A stretch of DNA of 63,300 nt, the filler included, from Rhabdomonas costata (Eukaryota): the NCBI GenBank assembly GCA_019059605.1. It is 52 parts of 52 records of this genome, joined end to end, with 100 filler letters (N's around TTAATTAATTAA, not from the genome) between each part and the next. Parts side by side here need not be neighbours in the genome. Positions count along the whole stretch, not along the records: positions 1 to 1,120 come from JAHMHO010027590.1; positions 1,221 to 2,340 come from JAHMHO010027591.1; positions 2,441 to 3,560 come from JAHMHO010027592.1; positions 3,661 to 4,769 come from JAHMHO010027593.1; positions 4,870 to 5,989 come from JAHMHO010027594.1; positions 6,090 to 7,209 come from JAHMHO010027595.1; positions 7,310 to 8,429 come from JAHMHO010027596.1; positions 8,530 to 9,649 come from JAHMHO010027597.1; 44 more parts are not named here. One strand, given 5' to 3'. Position 1 is the stretch's first letter; each line of letters opens with the position of its first letter. A program made the translations under genes and the position numbers. Under the pieces are notes generated by a model. That model made no database searches, was not told the origin of the DNA, and was given only the letters and a program-made list of their open reading frames with translations. Positions 1 through 12,894 of this stretch are shown here, piece by piece.

Positions 1-231
1 GGAAACGACATGTTCGTACCCCACGGGTCCTTTCTTTGCTCACGCATCCTCTCTTTCCTCTGCGCACTCTGCTAGCTGTTTGTCAATAATCAGAATGCAT
101 ATCAGCTGCTTCCGTGAGTTTCCCGCTTGCCTTCTTCCCTTTTGAGGGACGTCATTTCGAAAGGAAGGTGAAGCTTATCCTTTCGCTCTGTTTTTTGCTC
201 TTTAGGTTGCTGCTGTTTTCGTTTTTTCAAG

Positions 232-468
232 GTCATAGGGGACCGCGTGCTGGCGCTGTGGAATGTCCCCAAGCGGTGCGCCCAGGCGGAGTACTTTGCC
301 GTGAAGGCCGGGCTGGCGATCGCCTCGCGGTGGGCGGTGGTGCTCCAGGAACTGCTGGGGACCTTGCCTGGGGACCCTGAGGGGGCCGTGGGCTCCGCGG
401 TGAAGCTGCGCGTGGGCATCGCCAGCTCCCTGGTCACGTTCGGGAACTTTGGCAGCGACACCATGAAG
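232..468 (+). CDS. Internal exon of a class III nucleotide (adenylate/guanylate) cyclase domain
   Basis: Bounded by ttttcaag| and |gtgggc; translates VIGDRVLALWNVP...VKAGLAI...LRVGIASSLVTFGNFGSDTMK (GD..W/FN and RVGI...GNFG cyclase motifs). Probable upstream exon end at 1-15 (GNDMF|gtaccc). Confidence 0.85.
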
Positions 469-1120
469 GTGGGCATTCCTTTACTCCCACTCTCTTTTTC
501 CACACTTTCGTGGTTGGTCGCGAACTGTTGGTGGGGTGCCCCCTCTCTTTTCAGCTAAGTATTCTTGTGTCCATGCCATGGAGCAGTGAGTTGGCTTGTG
601 GAGAAGAACCATTCCCACACGATTGCCGTGGACCAGCGCACATCCACGCACGAGCATCCCCGAACAAATCCAATTTGATGGAGAACTCTGCGAGGTGCTT
701 GCGCGGCAGCACAATACCCCTCCGTCTCGTAACTACCCTTGCACGGAAACCTTCTCCAAATATCGCCTTCCTCCGTGCAATGCAAATCACCGCCTCCCAC
801 AACCATGGCTTCATGAGGCAGCACTTGCGCGCCAGGATGAATGTCTGTGCCGCCTGCCCAATATGGTTTCCGCTTGAGACGCGGGTTTCCACCAGCGGAA
901 ACCATTCCCACAGGGGGTCCAACTTATGCGGCAACTTACGTCGAGCTCAGGACCCAACCCGTTGTGAATTTTTAAAATTGAATTTTTAAGTACGTAATTC
1001 CAGAGAAGCGGATTGGGGCGAAGCAGTTTTGTTTTTCTCTTTGCTCAGCTCAGAAAGGTTTGTTGTGACACAAAACAGCTTTCTAACCCCAGTTTGATGG
1101 TGTTTTGTGTCACAACCAAC

Positions 1121-1220
1121 NNNNNNNNNNNNNNNNNNNNNNNNNNNNNNNNNNNNNNNNNNNNTTAATTAATTAANNNNNNNNNNNNNNNNNNNNNNNN
1201 NNNNNNNNNNNNNNNNNNNN
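1121..1220. other. Artificial contig spacer (first of 51): 44 N + TTAATTAATTAA + 44 N
   Basis: Identical 100-nt block recurs about every 1.22 kb through 62083-62182; TTAATTAATTAA gives stops in all six frames. Confidence 0.99.
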
Positions 1221-1833
1221 GACCCCCAATGCCAAGACTTTAACGAACGCTAAATGAAATCAGCTGCTCATTGCCTTGCAGAACGCTGAGATAAACGGAG
1301 TCCAAAAATGGGGGCACCTTCAGCGGGAACAAAAACATACCACCTTATGCATTATTTATGTTTAGCTGCTGTATCCAGCCTAATTCCACCCCAGGCGAGT
1401 GCTAGGTCTGAAAATAGATCTTTTGGGGACCAAACAGTTCTACTCCCCCCCCCCGAGTTCTGGTTCTTTCTGGATTCCAGTGACGAAAAAAAACAAAAAA
1501 ACGAAAAAAAAAACGAAAGAAAGAAAGAAATAAGAAAGGTGAATTTTTGAACTTTTTTGTATCTCTCCTGGACTCCAACTCTCCTCTCCCCCGTACCTTC
1601 TAAGCCTTTGCTCACCAGTAAAAACTATTGCATTGCCTTTCACCCGAACGATGAACACTCTGTGCGCTGCAGTCGAAAATTTTCGACCCCCGCCCCCACC
1701 TGGAAAATACTTTCCTGAATCAAGAAACAGAAGAGCATTTTAGAAACGTACTGTTGATTTGCCCGTCTGTTTCCCCAAACCCAGACACCGCGAGAATAGT
1801 TGGGGGAAAAAAGAAACAAGGGTGCCCCCATAC

Positions 1834-1969
1834 ATCCACTCTTGCGGTTGGCGCTCGCCGTCGCCGGCGCTCTCCCCGAGGATCTCGAACAGAGTGGTGA
1901 CCTTTTCCCCGAACTGAATCTTGTCCACGGGGCGGAACACGAAGTCGTACTGGGCACTCTCATGGACCT
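1834..1969 (-). CDS. Exon, C-terminal part of a class III cyclase domain
   Basis: cttcag| acceptor; VHESAQYDFVFRPVDKIQFGEKVTTLFEILGES...QEWM; matches the R-P-x-D...L-F/Y-E-x-L-G...EW(MY) cyclase tail and parallels 33675-33880. Donor position uncertain. Confidence 0.55.
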
Positions 1970-3093
1970 CTGAAGTGCACTGCGGGGGAGGAGAGCGGTG
2001 TACGTGCGAGGGAGTTGTATGAGTACTGCGCCATGTGTCATTGGCTGATTATAGCGTGCGCTTCTAAGGTCGCTCATTGCGTTCAAATTGTTTTCGGAAG
2101 AGCTGAGCGGTAGGTGAGTCTGCTGAAGCCTGAAGCCTGCAGTCCTATCGTGTCGGTGCTATGGGAGTCCCTGGCTTCAGTGGCCAGGGATTCCTTTCTT
2201 ATTACATTTTTTTGGCCCGAAATGCTTCTGCTCGACTGAAAAGTAGTACCCTCCAGAAACGTACCAAAGTATACCGCCGAAATGGACCCCCTCACTCACT
2301 CACTCACTCACTCACACACACACCAACCACACCCACCACANNNNNNNNNNNNNNNNNNNNNNNNNNNNNNNNNNNNNNNNNNNNTTAATTAATTAANNNN
2401 NNNNNNNNNNNNNNNNNNNNNNNNNNNNNNNNNNNNNNNNTGTGTTTTTGGGTTTTTGTGGCGAAAGGGACTTAGGTTAACTGTTCTACTGCCCCCCGGA
2501 CGTAGGAGAACAGTGCGCAACGACTTCAGGGACCGAGTTGAACTTAAACTACAGGCCTGAACTACACCCCACCAAAGCGTTGCACACGCGCGACAGCTGT
2601 GACTCGCTTATTCGAGGACTCGTATGACTACAGATGGCTTGGCAAGAGCCTGCCTTCCCATAGGAGATAGGACAAATTATAATTGGAAATCAACCAGGCA
2701 CGCGGAACTCAACCGTACCAGGAGGACACGAAAACTCAGCTACGCGTGGGCTGTGCACGACTCAGCTTGAGTTGGACACCACAAAGCAGATAACAACTCA
2801 AAAGCAAGAGAACAACTTGCAAATTCCAAAACAGAGCTTTTTTTCGGTGGCATTTCAACTATTGACCGGGGTGTCTCGGCTGCAAAAATCGATCACAAGC
2901 TTTAATTCTCAGAAATCAGAATGTCACCAGCACATCGTTGCAAAGTAAGCACGCACGCCGTGTAGCTAGACAATAACCACAGCGGCATCGTTGGTCACCT
3001 TTCACATTTGGATGGTGCGCCTCAAAGACATAAGGCAAAAAAAAACGAAAAAAAAAATGCATGCCCACAGACAGCAGTCCATTTCCGGCCAAT

Positions 3094-3560
3094 TCAGACA
3101 ATGAACACCTCTGTTTGCAATCTGCTTCCGCCGCACGGAGTCTTCGGTGCAAGTCCAACGCGGGACCTCTTTGCTGCGGGCTGGCCGTCGCTATCATCGT
3201 CCTCAGACTCCTCCTCCAGGAGCGACGGGACCGGAGAGGAAGGGAGGCGGACGACGTGTGCCGGACCGTCAAGGGCGTTATCTATTTCCTCCTCTGACTC
3301 CGCGAAGAAGTCGGTGGGGACTGAACCGAGTGAGGCAAAAGGAAAATGGAACCCCGACGGCTCACACAGGTCACACCATCTTCACCATAGAGATTTCCCG
3401 GGAAACTCTCACCCGCTTACTCAATTGAAGCCTTCAGGGGAGAGGAGCTACTAAACAACGTTATGGGTATTTCGCTTTTCAATGCTTGTCATGCACCAGG
3501 AAAGGCTGGGCGGTGCACTTTCCCACGATCGTCATCTCCAGCAGCAGCGTCATCCCCACC
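3094..3560 (-). CDS. Last two exons (3560-3497, 3320-3094) of an acidic, probably nuclear protein
   Basis: Phase-compatible GT-AG intron; ...PTDFFAESEEEIDNALDG...EEESEDDDSDGQPAAKRSRV...FIV*; NLS-like PAAKRSR. Confidence 0.6.
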
Positions 3561-4921
3561 NNNNNNNNNNNNNNNNNNNNNNNNNNNNNNNNNNNNNNNN
3601 NNNNTTAATTAATTAANNNNNNNNNNNNNNNNNNNNNNNNNNNNNNNNNNNNNNNNNNNNGGTTTGGGGGGACGGCACTAAGGTCCTCCAAACCACAGTG
3701 CATGATCGGGAGGGGTCATACCCTCACCACATCGTGCGCTACCCAGACCACGCCACAGTCGCCCCACGAGAACAACTTGGCGGAGTCATTATGGGGCGTC
3801 TGGTGCATTGCCAGGAGACCTGCAGCCTTCATTGAATGCGTGGCTACTGTCGTCATGAATGCCATCTGGCGCGGGAACGGGGTGGGAACCGCCTGAGAAA
3901 GTCTGGAGGCGTTCCTCATCGAGAGGTGGCACGCCGTCGACAACCGGAGGAATTTTCCGTCACAAGCCCCCCACCAGGATATTCTGCACTGTTTCTGTTT
4001 TTGCCCCCGGCCTCATTGCGCATTGTTTTCGGGTTGGAGACCACCTTATAAAAGCTGTTGCACCCTCCTGGCGTGACTGTTTTTCTGGACTTCGTCTATC
4101 CGGCTTCTGTGTGTGTTATCTCCATGCGTTACTGTGGTGGGCTTTGGACTTTTCTCGCCGCACGCTCCTTGGCGCGAGACATGCAGCCTCCACTTTCTAT
4201 TTTGCCCACGACAAGCACTCCATCTTCTGCCATTCCATGCACCTCTTTGCGCCTGTTTCTTTGTCTGCCAGCGAGTCTCTCCTAGAAACATAAATCTCTC
4301 CTAGATTCGGCCATTTTCTGCTTCTGTTCTGCTGCGTACTGCCATGAACCCTGGCAAACTGCAAGCTTTATCAAGCTCCTCGACAGTGAGAACTGGTTCC
4401 GGCCCCGTAGAGTATTTTCCCGCAAGACCCCCTGTGTTTCCCGCTATAATATATCTTTTTCCATGGTATCGATCTCTTTTTGATGCTTAAAGGTTTTGTT
4501 TTCCACACCGCCATACATTTGGTTCCTGTTCTACGCGTGCTTCAGCTGCGCGTTCTTCTCGATAGCCAGTCTGCCAGCATTGCGGTTTGTGCGCCTTTGG
4601 AGGCCTCTGGAACGGACGTTGATCACACTCTTCGCCGCCTTCCTTTTACCGAGAGTGCCGCATCTGGTTCCTGACCGGCCACTTCCAGTGCAACGGCCGT
4701 TGGATGGAACGCACACCGGTGCATTCTCTTCTTGAGCAAGCACAACCTGAAGGACTTGTCCACCAACACNNNNNNNNNNNNNNNNNNNNNNNNNNNNNNN
4801 NNNNNNNNNNNNNTTAATTAATTAANNNNNNNNNNNNNNNNNNNNNNNNNNNNNNNNNNNNNNNNNNNNGTGTGGTGGTAGGATACATTCTTCTCTGCTT
4901 TGCGTGCTTGCTTTCCTTCAG

Positions 4922-5907
4922 GGCGGAGGCCAGTGCTTCTCAAGCACAGCTTCTGGACCGTATCTCAGGGGTCGAGCGCAGGGTGATGGAGTGCATGACC
5001 GGAGATCAGCACCTCGAGCAGACCATAAAGGCTGTTGTGGAGGACGCACAGGTAAGTAAGTAAGTTCCAGTTTGCTGAAAGTATTAGTCTATTTATCTAT
5101 GTTTGCACGACTGTGGAGCATTGTTTCATGGAGACGCAATCGGGTGGTTTGGAGTGATGCGACAACTTTCCTTTTGCCGGCCTTGGCTTGTGGCTAGGTG
5201 TGTGAACGGGTTTTTGTGCCCCCGGCGGGTCATTCCTTTCTATCGCTTTTGTGAAAGGCTCCGCTCCAGCAGGCTGTCCGCGCAATGAAGCAGAACTTCC
5301 AGGAGCTGGGGTCCAAGGTGGACGCCGAGTTTAGCTCCGTGATGGTGCTCCGCGCTGCGTTGCCATGCTTGACAGCTTCTCTCTTTCATTCCATTTGACA
5401 CCAAAAACCTGGCGATTGAGTGCGCTGTCCAATTCGTTACCTTGCTTCAACTTTTTGGTCACAAGCATGCGCCGCCCTCGCGTGCAGTCCGCGGAAAAAG
5501 AGAGTTTCTGAAATGCACGTTTGTACCTTTCAGGCGATTTTTCCCAGCAAAAAGGTCTTGGGCAACATGTGCTGTCGTACACCATGTTTTATAGTTGTAT
5601 GTGTGACCCCTGCACACTTTCCAAATAACAGGGATGAAGGCTTTACTGAAATTTTGAGCTCGTCCGGAAGTCAGAATCTTGTGAGCATTCCCTTTTAGAC
5701 GCAGAACAATTTTTTTCGGTATGAAAGGGACTTACCTTCGTACACACACAGGCCCGACTGCAGCAGGTCGACAACTGCGCCCCTCGCAGTGAGGTGGCCG
5801 GGCTGAAGCAGCAGGTGGACAGCGCTCTCCAGGAGCTCACGGATAAGGTCTTCCGGGTGGACGCCGAGCTTCAGGAGCTTCCCAGGACCACACCCGAACT
5901 GGCGGCG
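4922..5907 (+). CDS. Three exons (4922-5051, 5273-5344, 5752-~5907) of a coiled-coil protein
   Basis: In-phase GT-AG junctions; heptad-like E/Q/L-rich translation with a repeated LQEL..KV(..)DAE motif. Confidence 0.65.
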
Positions 5908-7011
5908 GTCTTTCCAGCCCCCTCCTCACGCCCACGCAAAAAATGTAAATGAATGATCAAGGGCTCTTCCCATGCTGTATCACCATTTTNNNNNNNNNNN
6001 NNNNNNNNNNNNNNNNNNNNNNNNNNNNNNNNNTTAATTAATTAANNNNNNNNNNNNNNNNNNNNNNNNNNNNNNNNNNNNNNNNNNNNGGTTTCTTGTA
6101 AAAGAGACGTGTTAAGTATAAAATAGTTATATGGTAGGTGTTGCACATCTAAGTTAGATATTTGTTCAGCCTTGTGGTTGGCAAATGAGTGTCGCCTGAT
6201 TTCGTTACGTGCTGTTGCAAGGCGGTTAGGGTTACTCTTTGATTTAAGAAGTGGCATTCAACACTTGCTGCTACATTACATGGACAACCAAATGTTTGGA
6301 AACGGCATAAATGCATGTGTGCGTGCTACAAAAGTGATGATTGCTTTGAGTTTTGCCCGTTTCAAAATGCAACAAAAAGAGGCACAAAGAAGAAGAAGAA
6401 TCCCGCGATAGGTTTTCACTCCATAGAATCTGAGTTTCATGATACGTCTTCTGGCTTATGACGATTTACGTTCGCAAAACTTGCTCGTTGTTTTGGTCAC
6501 TGCATGTTCCACCAATTTCTGTCAATGCGGTGTGCCAAACGGTTGAATGCTCCAAAATGCATTGCGGTGTTGTAGAAAACGGGCATAAAGTTTAGAAGAG
6601 CAACGGTTTGGATTGATCTGAATCCCTCCTTTACATGACTAACAAAGACACGGTATTTATCACCACACTCTTTAGCAGATCTCCGTTATCTACACATATA
6701 TCATGTATATTGGAATGTAGCCAACGTTTTGCCACTAAAAACACACTACCAAGCGCAATGCATACAACCGGTTTGGTGGAAGAGGGATGTGCTGGGCTTG
6801 GAATTCAATTAAGTGTTTGCTCTTGAGGCCTAAGAAGTGAATAGTGATATACAGAAACACAGTTTAGGAACCCCGGCACTCTGAACCCTCGTGGTAGAGC
6901 AACGTTCCTCTCTTTCTGCGCTCTTTTTCCATGGTAGTTCAACTTACTTCCATCTTAACGAAGGCACGGGTTTCCCTAATTTCGGCTTTGTGTGGTGTTC
7001 CCTCGTGACAG

Positions 7012-7205
7012 CCTGTGAGTCTGCAGCGCAGCTGGGCTCTGTGATGGGCTCTCTTCGCGGAACCACTGAAGCCCTGCTGCTTCTGGTTGACTCCGAGCTG
7101 CTTCCCCTGGAGCCCGCGCAGGAAAGGCTGCTGCGGCAGAGCCTTCGCGAGGACGACCCGTCGGCATGGGCGGAGGCCCTTCTGGATCATCTTAGGCCAC
7201 CCCCA
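7012..7205 (+). CDS. Probable exon, unknown helical protein
   Basis: gacag| acceptor, GC-rich open frame CESAAQLGSVMGSLRGTTEALLLLVDSELLPLEPAQERLLRQ running to the contig end. Confidence 0.5.
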
Positions 7206-8753
7206 ACCCNNNNNNNNNNNNNNNNNNNNNNNNNNNNNNNNNNNNNNNNNNNNTTAATTAATTAANNNNNNNNNNNNNNNNNNNNNNNNNNNNNNNNNNN
7301 NNNNNNNNNGGGTTGTGGGCCGGGCTCTTTCACTTTCGACCTGTCGGGTTACGCACTTGGTGGACCTTTTTGTCTTTTGCGCAATTTCTGCGCAAGAGCA
7401 AGTGTATGGTCGTTCCCTCCCATCCATCCCAAAAAAAATACCGCACATAAACAATTCACTCAGTAACCCAAGACGACTGGGAGACACAAGGAAAGGCGCC
7501 ACGAAAATGCCTGGTTTGGGGGTCCACTGGTCTGCATCGAAGGGGTCGGTAAAAGAAGCGTACACATGAGGCAAGATGGGCTCTCTAACGACCAGAGGAA
7601 AAAACAGAAATTTCTTCCCCCGTACTTGCACCCTCAATTCCACATGCCTTCTGCAGGAGAGATGCAGAGTCAGCAAGATAGCCCAGCCCAAAACACTCCA
7701 GCATCACCACCCCAGCAACGCAGAACGTCGGCACGAAGTAGTTCATCACCTGTGTATGCATGTGCGTACCATGCCGAGCGCAAAAATTATTGTAAAACTG
7801 TATCAAAGAAAGTATGGAGCGGGGGCACAAAAATGCGAAATACAGACAGATACTTACACTTGCACTTTGATTCAAAAGCAGGACGCCTCCTCCACACTGA
7901 ACAAAGAGATGACAACACATACACAAAAAACATCCTGCACAGTGCCGTGAGCACAGGCGCACCTCCAGAAGGAAGTAGCCATGGGTGAAGCAGTACGGAA
8001 GTCCCATCAGCAACCCAGCCAGGCAGCACACAAGCCCACCCTAAAGGTAGCATCCCTCCCACAAAAGACCCTGCCCGCAAACAAGGACTGTCACAGAAAC
8101 AAAGGTTTTCGTTCAAAAGCGAATGTCAAATGGAGCGGACACCCCTCCCTCCCGAAACTAAAACAAACGGCCAAACTGATTCCAGCTCGAAAACGAAAAA
8201 AATGGAATGCATCCACCTGGGATTGAACTCTGGGGTATGGCATCACAAGCGCGATTGCGGGGCGAGGTGATGTGTGCAATTAAAAAATGCACGATTTTTC
8301 GAATGATACGAACGCCCCGCTCAGGGAACTGGGCTGCTCTGGGTGCCGCTGCCGCGATTGCAGCTGATGCATGACTCCCTCAGTCTGCACTTTTCTGACT
8401 GGAAAGCCGACAGGGAGCGACCCAACACANNNNNNNNNNNNNNNNNNNNNNNNNNNNNNNNNNNNNNNNNNNNTTAATTAATTAANNNNNNNNNNNNNNN
8501 NNNNNNNNNNNNNNNNNNNNNNNNNNNNNGTTTTTTGTCAACGTGGTGTTTTGTGACAATGCAAGATTAGTTGAAGCTGAACTCACATGATTTCACATGA
8601 TTGGTGTTCCCGAGCAGTTTTTGCTCTCGCCGAGTTTATCGGTTGCTGATGGTTGATGCTGATAGTGCATCCCTGCATCGGCATGAGCGGTACGCGTCAT
8701 TCAAAACGTTTTGCTGTGGGTGTGCCTATGTGCCGACATGGGGCTGGGTGTAG

Positions 8754-8873
8754 CCAACGCGACGACCTGCCACAGCACAGGGTACACCTGTCCCTCGGGG
8801 TACTCTGCGAACAGCAGCAGCAGCGACATCGCGTGCCCGGGACAGTCCTGCACTACAGGCCACTGCTGCATCG
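8754..8873 (+). CDS. Symmetric (phase 1-1) 120-nt exon encoding one six-cysteine extracellular-type module
   Basis: gtgtag|...|gtgcgc; NATTCHSTGYTCPSGYSANSSSSDIACPGQSCTTGHCCI, with two N-glycosylation sequons. Confidence 0.75.
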
Positions 8874-9836
8874 GTGCGCACCGCTGTGCCCGCAGACTTT
8901 CGCTGCATTTGCGTCATTTCCCGTCACCACTGTGTCCTCAGTACAAACCGGCACTCCTCGCCCGCATTCCAGTTCTATGCATGCGTTGAACCCAATCAAA
9001 CTGTCACATATATGGTCGTATGTATGGGTACACCGGTTTTGGGCCGGTAGGGGAGCAGAGTCGGTTTGAAAAGCCATTAGTTGTGCATTACTGGAACACC
9101 TTGATCCCACCTGAACCGCATGAACTCTGCCTGTCGATGGATCAGATAGGAAGTCAGGTGCATTGGGAATACCGGCACGACGACGTCAAAAGTCCCAATT
9201 GTTGACTCGTTCATATGTATTCTTCTCCTGTTCGACCGGGCCTGCTTGGGTCAAAGTTATGTTTGCGTTCTGCACGATCTGACATTTAGCTAGTGAGCTG
9301 AAATTGCAAGCTTAAACCGGAAGTCAGAGAAGTTGGTCCCCATGCTTGCCACTTCTGCCTTGACCCAACATTCTCCTGTGCAACGTTCCTGGTCAGAAAG
9401 TATCTCTCTCTTATTTTGTGCGCGTCTAAAACTGATCTCCTGTGGATTATCGTTAAGAAAAAAAGGACATGAGTTGCTCGGTAAAAAAGGAAACGATCTC
9501 CGTTAAAAAAAGTTTGACAAGAAGTTTGGTAAGAGCATGTGTTTTTGCATTTTTACTGTTGCACTGTTTATGTGTTTGAGTGAGGGTGGCACTGCTCCGA
9601 CACACGCACCTTGCGAAGCAAAGTGGTGGTGGTTTCAAAACCCCAAACCNNNNNNNNNNNNNNNNNNNNNNNNNNNNNNNNNNNNNNNNNNNNTTAATTA
9701 ATTAANNNNNNNNNNNNNNNNNNNNNNNNNNNNNNNNNNNNNNNNNNNNGTCTATCGCTCATTTGGTTTGCGATGACAGTAGGCGATGGGTTCGCGGGTG
9801 AGCTTTGAAGCACCCTGTGTGGGATCCGATTCACAG

Positions 9837-9947
9837 GAGCCTACTGGTTTTTGAGCGCGATGTGCAAGGTGTGAGCTACATCTCGTTCTACCTTGCCGTG
9901 GCAGATACCCCGGACACCCTGAAGACAAGCGCCGAGGGAACTATCCG
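9837..9947 (+). CDS. Exon of a MATH/TRAF-like domain
   Basis: cacag|...|gtatac; SLLVFERDVQGVSYISFYLAVAD resembles MATH W-x-L-L-V-F...Y-L-S-x-Y-L-x-V-A-D. Confidence 0.6.
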
Positions 9948-11058
9948 GTATACGGTGCTCCTTAGTTCGCTGCACGCACGCTGCACAACCGCGCAACGTT
10001 AGATGCCCACTATTTCGCCTTTGAAGCTCAGGCACCGCCCTCCAGCTTACGCCCTTGTTACGGTACACTGGAACATCGATTCATGGGTTCATGGGAGCAA
10101 AGGGATCGTCAACTAGGTGACTCCGACCCCCCGAGTGCAGCTTAAGTCAGAAGAAGCGAAAGCGTTTGAGGGAGGGATGCTTGAGGAACCCCATTAGAGG
10201 TGGACTTTGTAGAGAAGATTAGCATTCAATTAGCAATTTTCCTCGGTTTGTTCCTGAGTGTTCTCAGGCTTTCTTTGTTTTTCTTGTCCTTGTACCCACA
10301 TCCACACCGTTAGATGTATAACACCAGAAGACGACCTTTTAACTGCTAACTGGGAGTGAGCGAGCACCCCCCACCCCCCAACTGCGCTTTTTCGGTGCTC
10401 TTTCAAGGGTACAAGCTCGTCATCTGGACACTTGTGCCAACTTGAGAGACGTGATTGGGAATGTTGATACAGTGATTCCTGTCCGCCCATTTTTTTCGAT
10501 TTTTCCCTGAGCTGTGGGTACCTCCGTCAAATCCTCCGGCTGCTGTGTACTAGAAGCATCTCAAATAGTGTACAATATACAAAAGCCGCTAAAATGGCGT
10601 TGCCTGGGTGCAAGGACCAGCGCGCAGCAGTTTCCTATGCTTCGGCTTAAGCCCCAGCCCCAGTGTTATTTCGACTTCACTCTGATATGCCTATTTTGAA
10701 ATGCAGAGGATTTTTCACCAGGTGCATGGCTGAAATTCTCACATCCCTAGGAAATGTTCACAGGCCCAGCCCTCCAATGAGGTGTGCGAGAAAGCTGTTA
10801 TTCCTGGTGTCTTGTCGTGTGTCATGGGTTGGCGAAATTCCCTTCCGTCGTAGGGAAACCCACAACCCCNNNNNNNNNNNNNNNNNNNNNNNNNNNNNNN
10901 NNNNNNNNNNNNNTTAATTAATTAANNNNNNNNNNNNNNNNNNNNNNNNNNNNNNNNNNNNNNNNNNNNCTCTGTGCCTATCGACCCGAACACTGTTTTT
11001 GGTTCGGAGCTTCCACCGTGCCGCTCTGCTGAAACGCGCACATTGTCACCTCGGTCAG

Positions 11059-12085
11059 GAGGCGGCAATGTTTTGGGAGCCCTGGCTCCTGCCTCCCCCT
11101 TCGCGGCGTTCTCTGTGCTTGTGGTGGATGACAGCCCGCTGAACCTCACGCTGACGGCGCGGCTGCTGCGGTCTATGGGGTTCAGCACGGTGTCCACTGC
11201 CTTAGGTCCAAGAGTGGCTGGATGGGGGCTGTCTGGCGAGCGGTTGTCAGTTGACCGTGATTTTTGCGTTTGAATTTGGGTACAGAAAACTTGAGGAGTA
11301 CCAGCCGCTTCCCGGGCCTTATCTGGCTCTTTGCACACTCGCTTAACTAACTTAATTGTTTGTTTCTTCAGAAAACGCCTCGGGGTTTCTGTTTTGTTGA
11401 ATCGTCGTTTTTGCTATGGGTAGTAGTAATGGGTGATATGGGAGGTATGGAGTCACCTCTTTTGCACTTCGGATGTCATCCAACCTTTCTGTATATCGAT
11501 GATGAATATTTGTTTCCCTCTGGACTGCGGCAGGTTTAGTGGAGGCGCTGAATCACTTCCGGGAGTTCCCTAGAACCCAGCTGGTGGTCACTGACCTGCA
11601 CTTGGTTGATGGCGACGGCATGGAGCTGGCGCTTGAACTGCGCGCCATCGCCGCCACTACGACCGCGGACAACGCCTCCTCCTCCTTCTCCTTGCGAGCC
11701 TCCCTTGAGGGCAGCTCCCCGCCTAGGCCGGTAATCATCGGTCTCTCTGGTGCCACTGAGGAAGACATCGTGGAACAGTGCACCCAGGTACGAATGCGGG
11801 TGCCACACGCACAAGCACACACACACACACACACACGAACAAACACTACGAGAAGCAGGTCACAAAGCTGATCATGACACGCTCGTATTCCACGCGCGCA
11901 CGCATTCACACACGTACCTACAAGTACACGTACTTACAAGTACCCATCTGAGTTTGGGACCAAGGTGCTAACTGGAAGTCCTTCGATTGCTCCGGTCACC
12001 GCTTTGTCGGTCTTGCTCTCTATTTTCAGTGCCCTGTCTCCTTCCTATTCCCAAAGGCTGGGATGGACGCCTTCCTTTATCAAAC
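11059..12085 (+). CDS. Response-regulator receiver (REC) domain, three exons (11059-11205, 11534-11787, 12057-contig end); likely C-terminus of a hybrid histidine kinase
   Basis: VLVVDDSPLNL...EAL...LVVTDLHLVDGDGMEL...IIGLSG...C..AGMDAFL; acidic pair, phospho-acceptor Asp and Ser retained; junctions in phase. Confidence 0.9.
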
Positions 12086-12726
12086 AAAANNNNNNNNNNN
12101 NNNNNNNNNNNNNNNNNNNNNNNNNNNNNNNNNTTAATTAATTAANNNNNNNNNNNNNNNNNNNNNNNNNNNNNNNNNNNNNNNNNNNNTAACGCACTTT
12201 CGCATAGCAGGCTACATCGAAAACTGAGAGATTGGATAATCCGTGCGAAAAAAGGCACCTTGCGCACCATTTGGGGACCAGCGGCATAAATACAGGGTAA
12301 AAAGACTTCTGTTGGAAATGTAACGCACTAATTTCTCAGTTTCGGGGTGTAGCTTATCTCTTTTTTTTTCTCTTTCGCGATGTTTTCGTCCAGCTTTGAA
12401 GCCTGATAACGGTGACGACGCGGCATTAAACGTTTCAATGTCCCCCGCCCCCTTCCCAAAAAATACCCAGGACCCCGCTTGAACCCACACTTTTTTTACC
12501 ACCGAACATACTTCAAACATACTTCATTGAACGATCAGTGACGGCTTATTTTCTGGAGTTTTTTTGTCCTGGTTCACGTTTTCTGTTAAAGTCATTGCCA
12601 TGAAATATCCTCAACATATGCCAGGACTCACGGGGGCACTTTCACGAAGAAAACCGTTTCCGTTGTGTGTGCGTGCGTGCGTGCATGCGTGCGTGCGTGC
12701 GTTTGCTCCCGCCCTCGGCTCTTCAG

Positions 12727-12894
12727 TTGCCGCTGATTGTTTCCGGAAGTGAGGACGAGACCATTCAGATGCGGCACCTCGCCCCCTTTCGCCTGGAGAC
12801 CACTCTGGACTACGGCCTGGACAGGGTCTGGAGCCCAGGGGCCCAGGCTGGTGTGGTGGCGATCGGCTGCGACAAGGGGGTTGTGGTGATTCAG
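12727..12894 (+). CDS. COPB2: Exon of coatomer subunit beta' (WD40), divergent copy
   Basis: cttcag|LPLIVSGSEDETIQMRHLAPFRLETTLDYGLDRVW...VAIGCDKGVVVIQ|gt aligns with beta'-COP LPIIITGSEDGTVRIWH...YRLE.TLNYG.ERVW...ALGYDEG. Confidence 0.85.

Noticed and set aside
1165..1176. TTAATTAATTAA every ~1.22 kb as a biological repeat or CRISPR-like array
   Set aside because: Always centred in N runs; a synthetic six-frame-stop linker. ORFs ending in X...LIN are artefacts of it.
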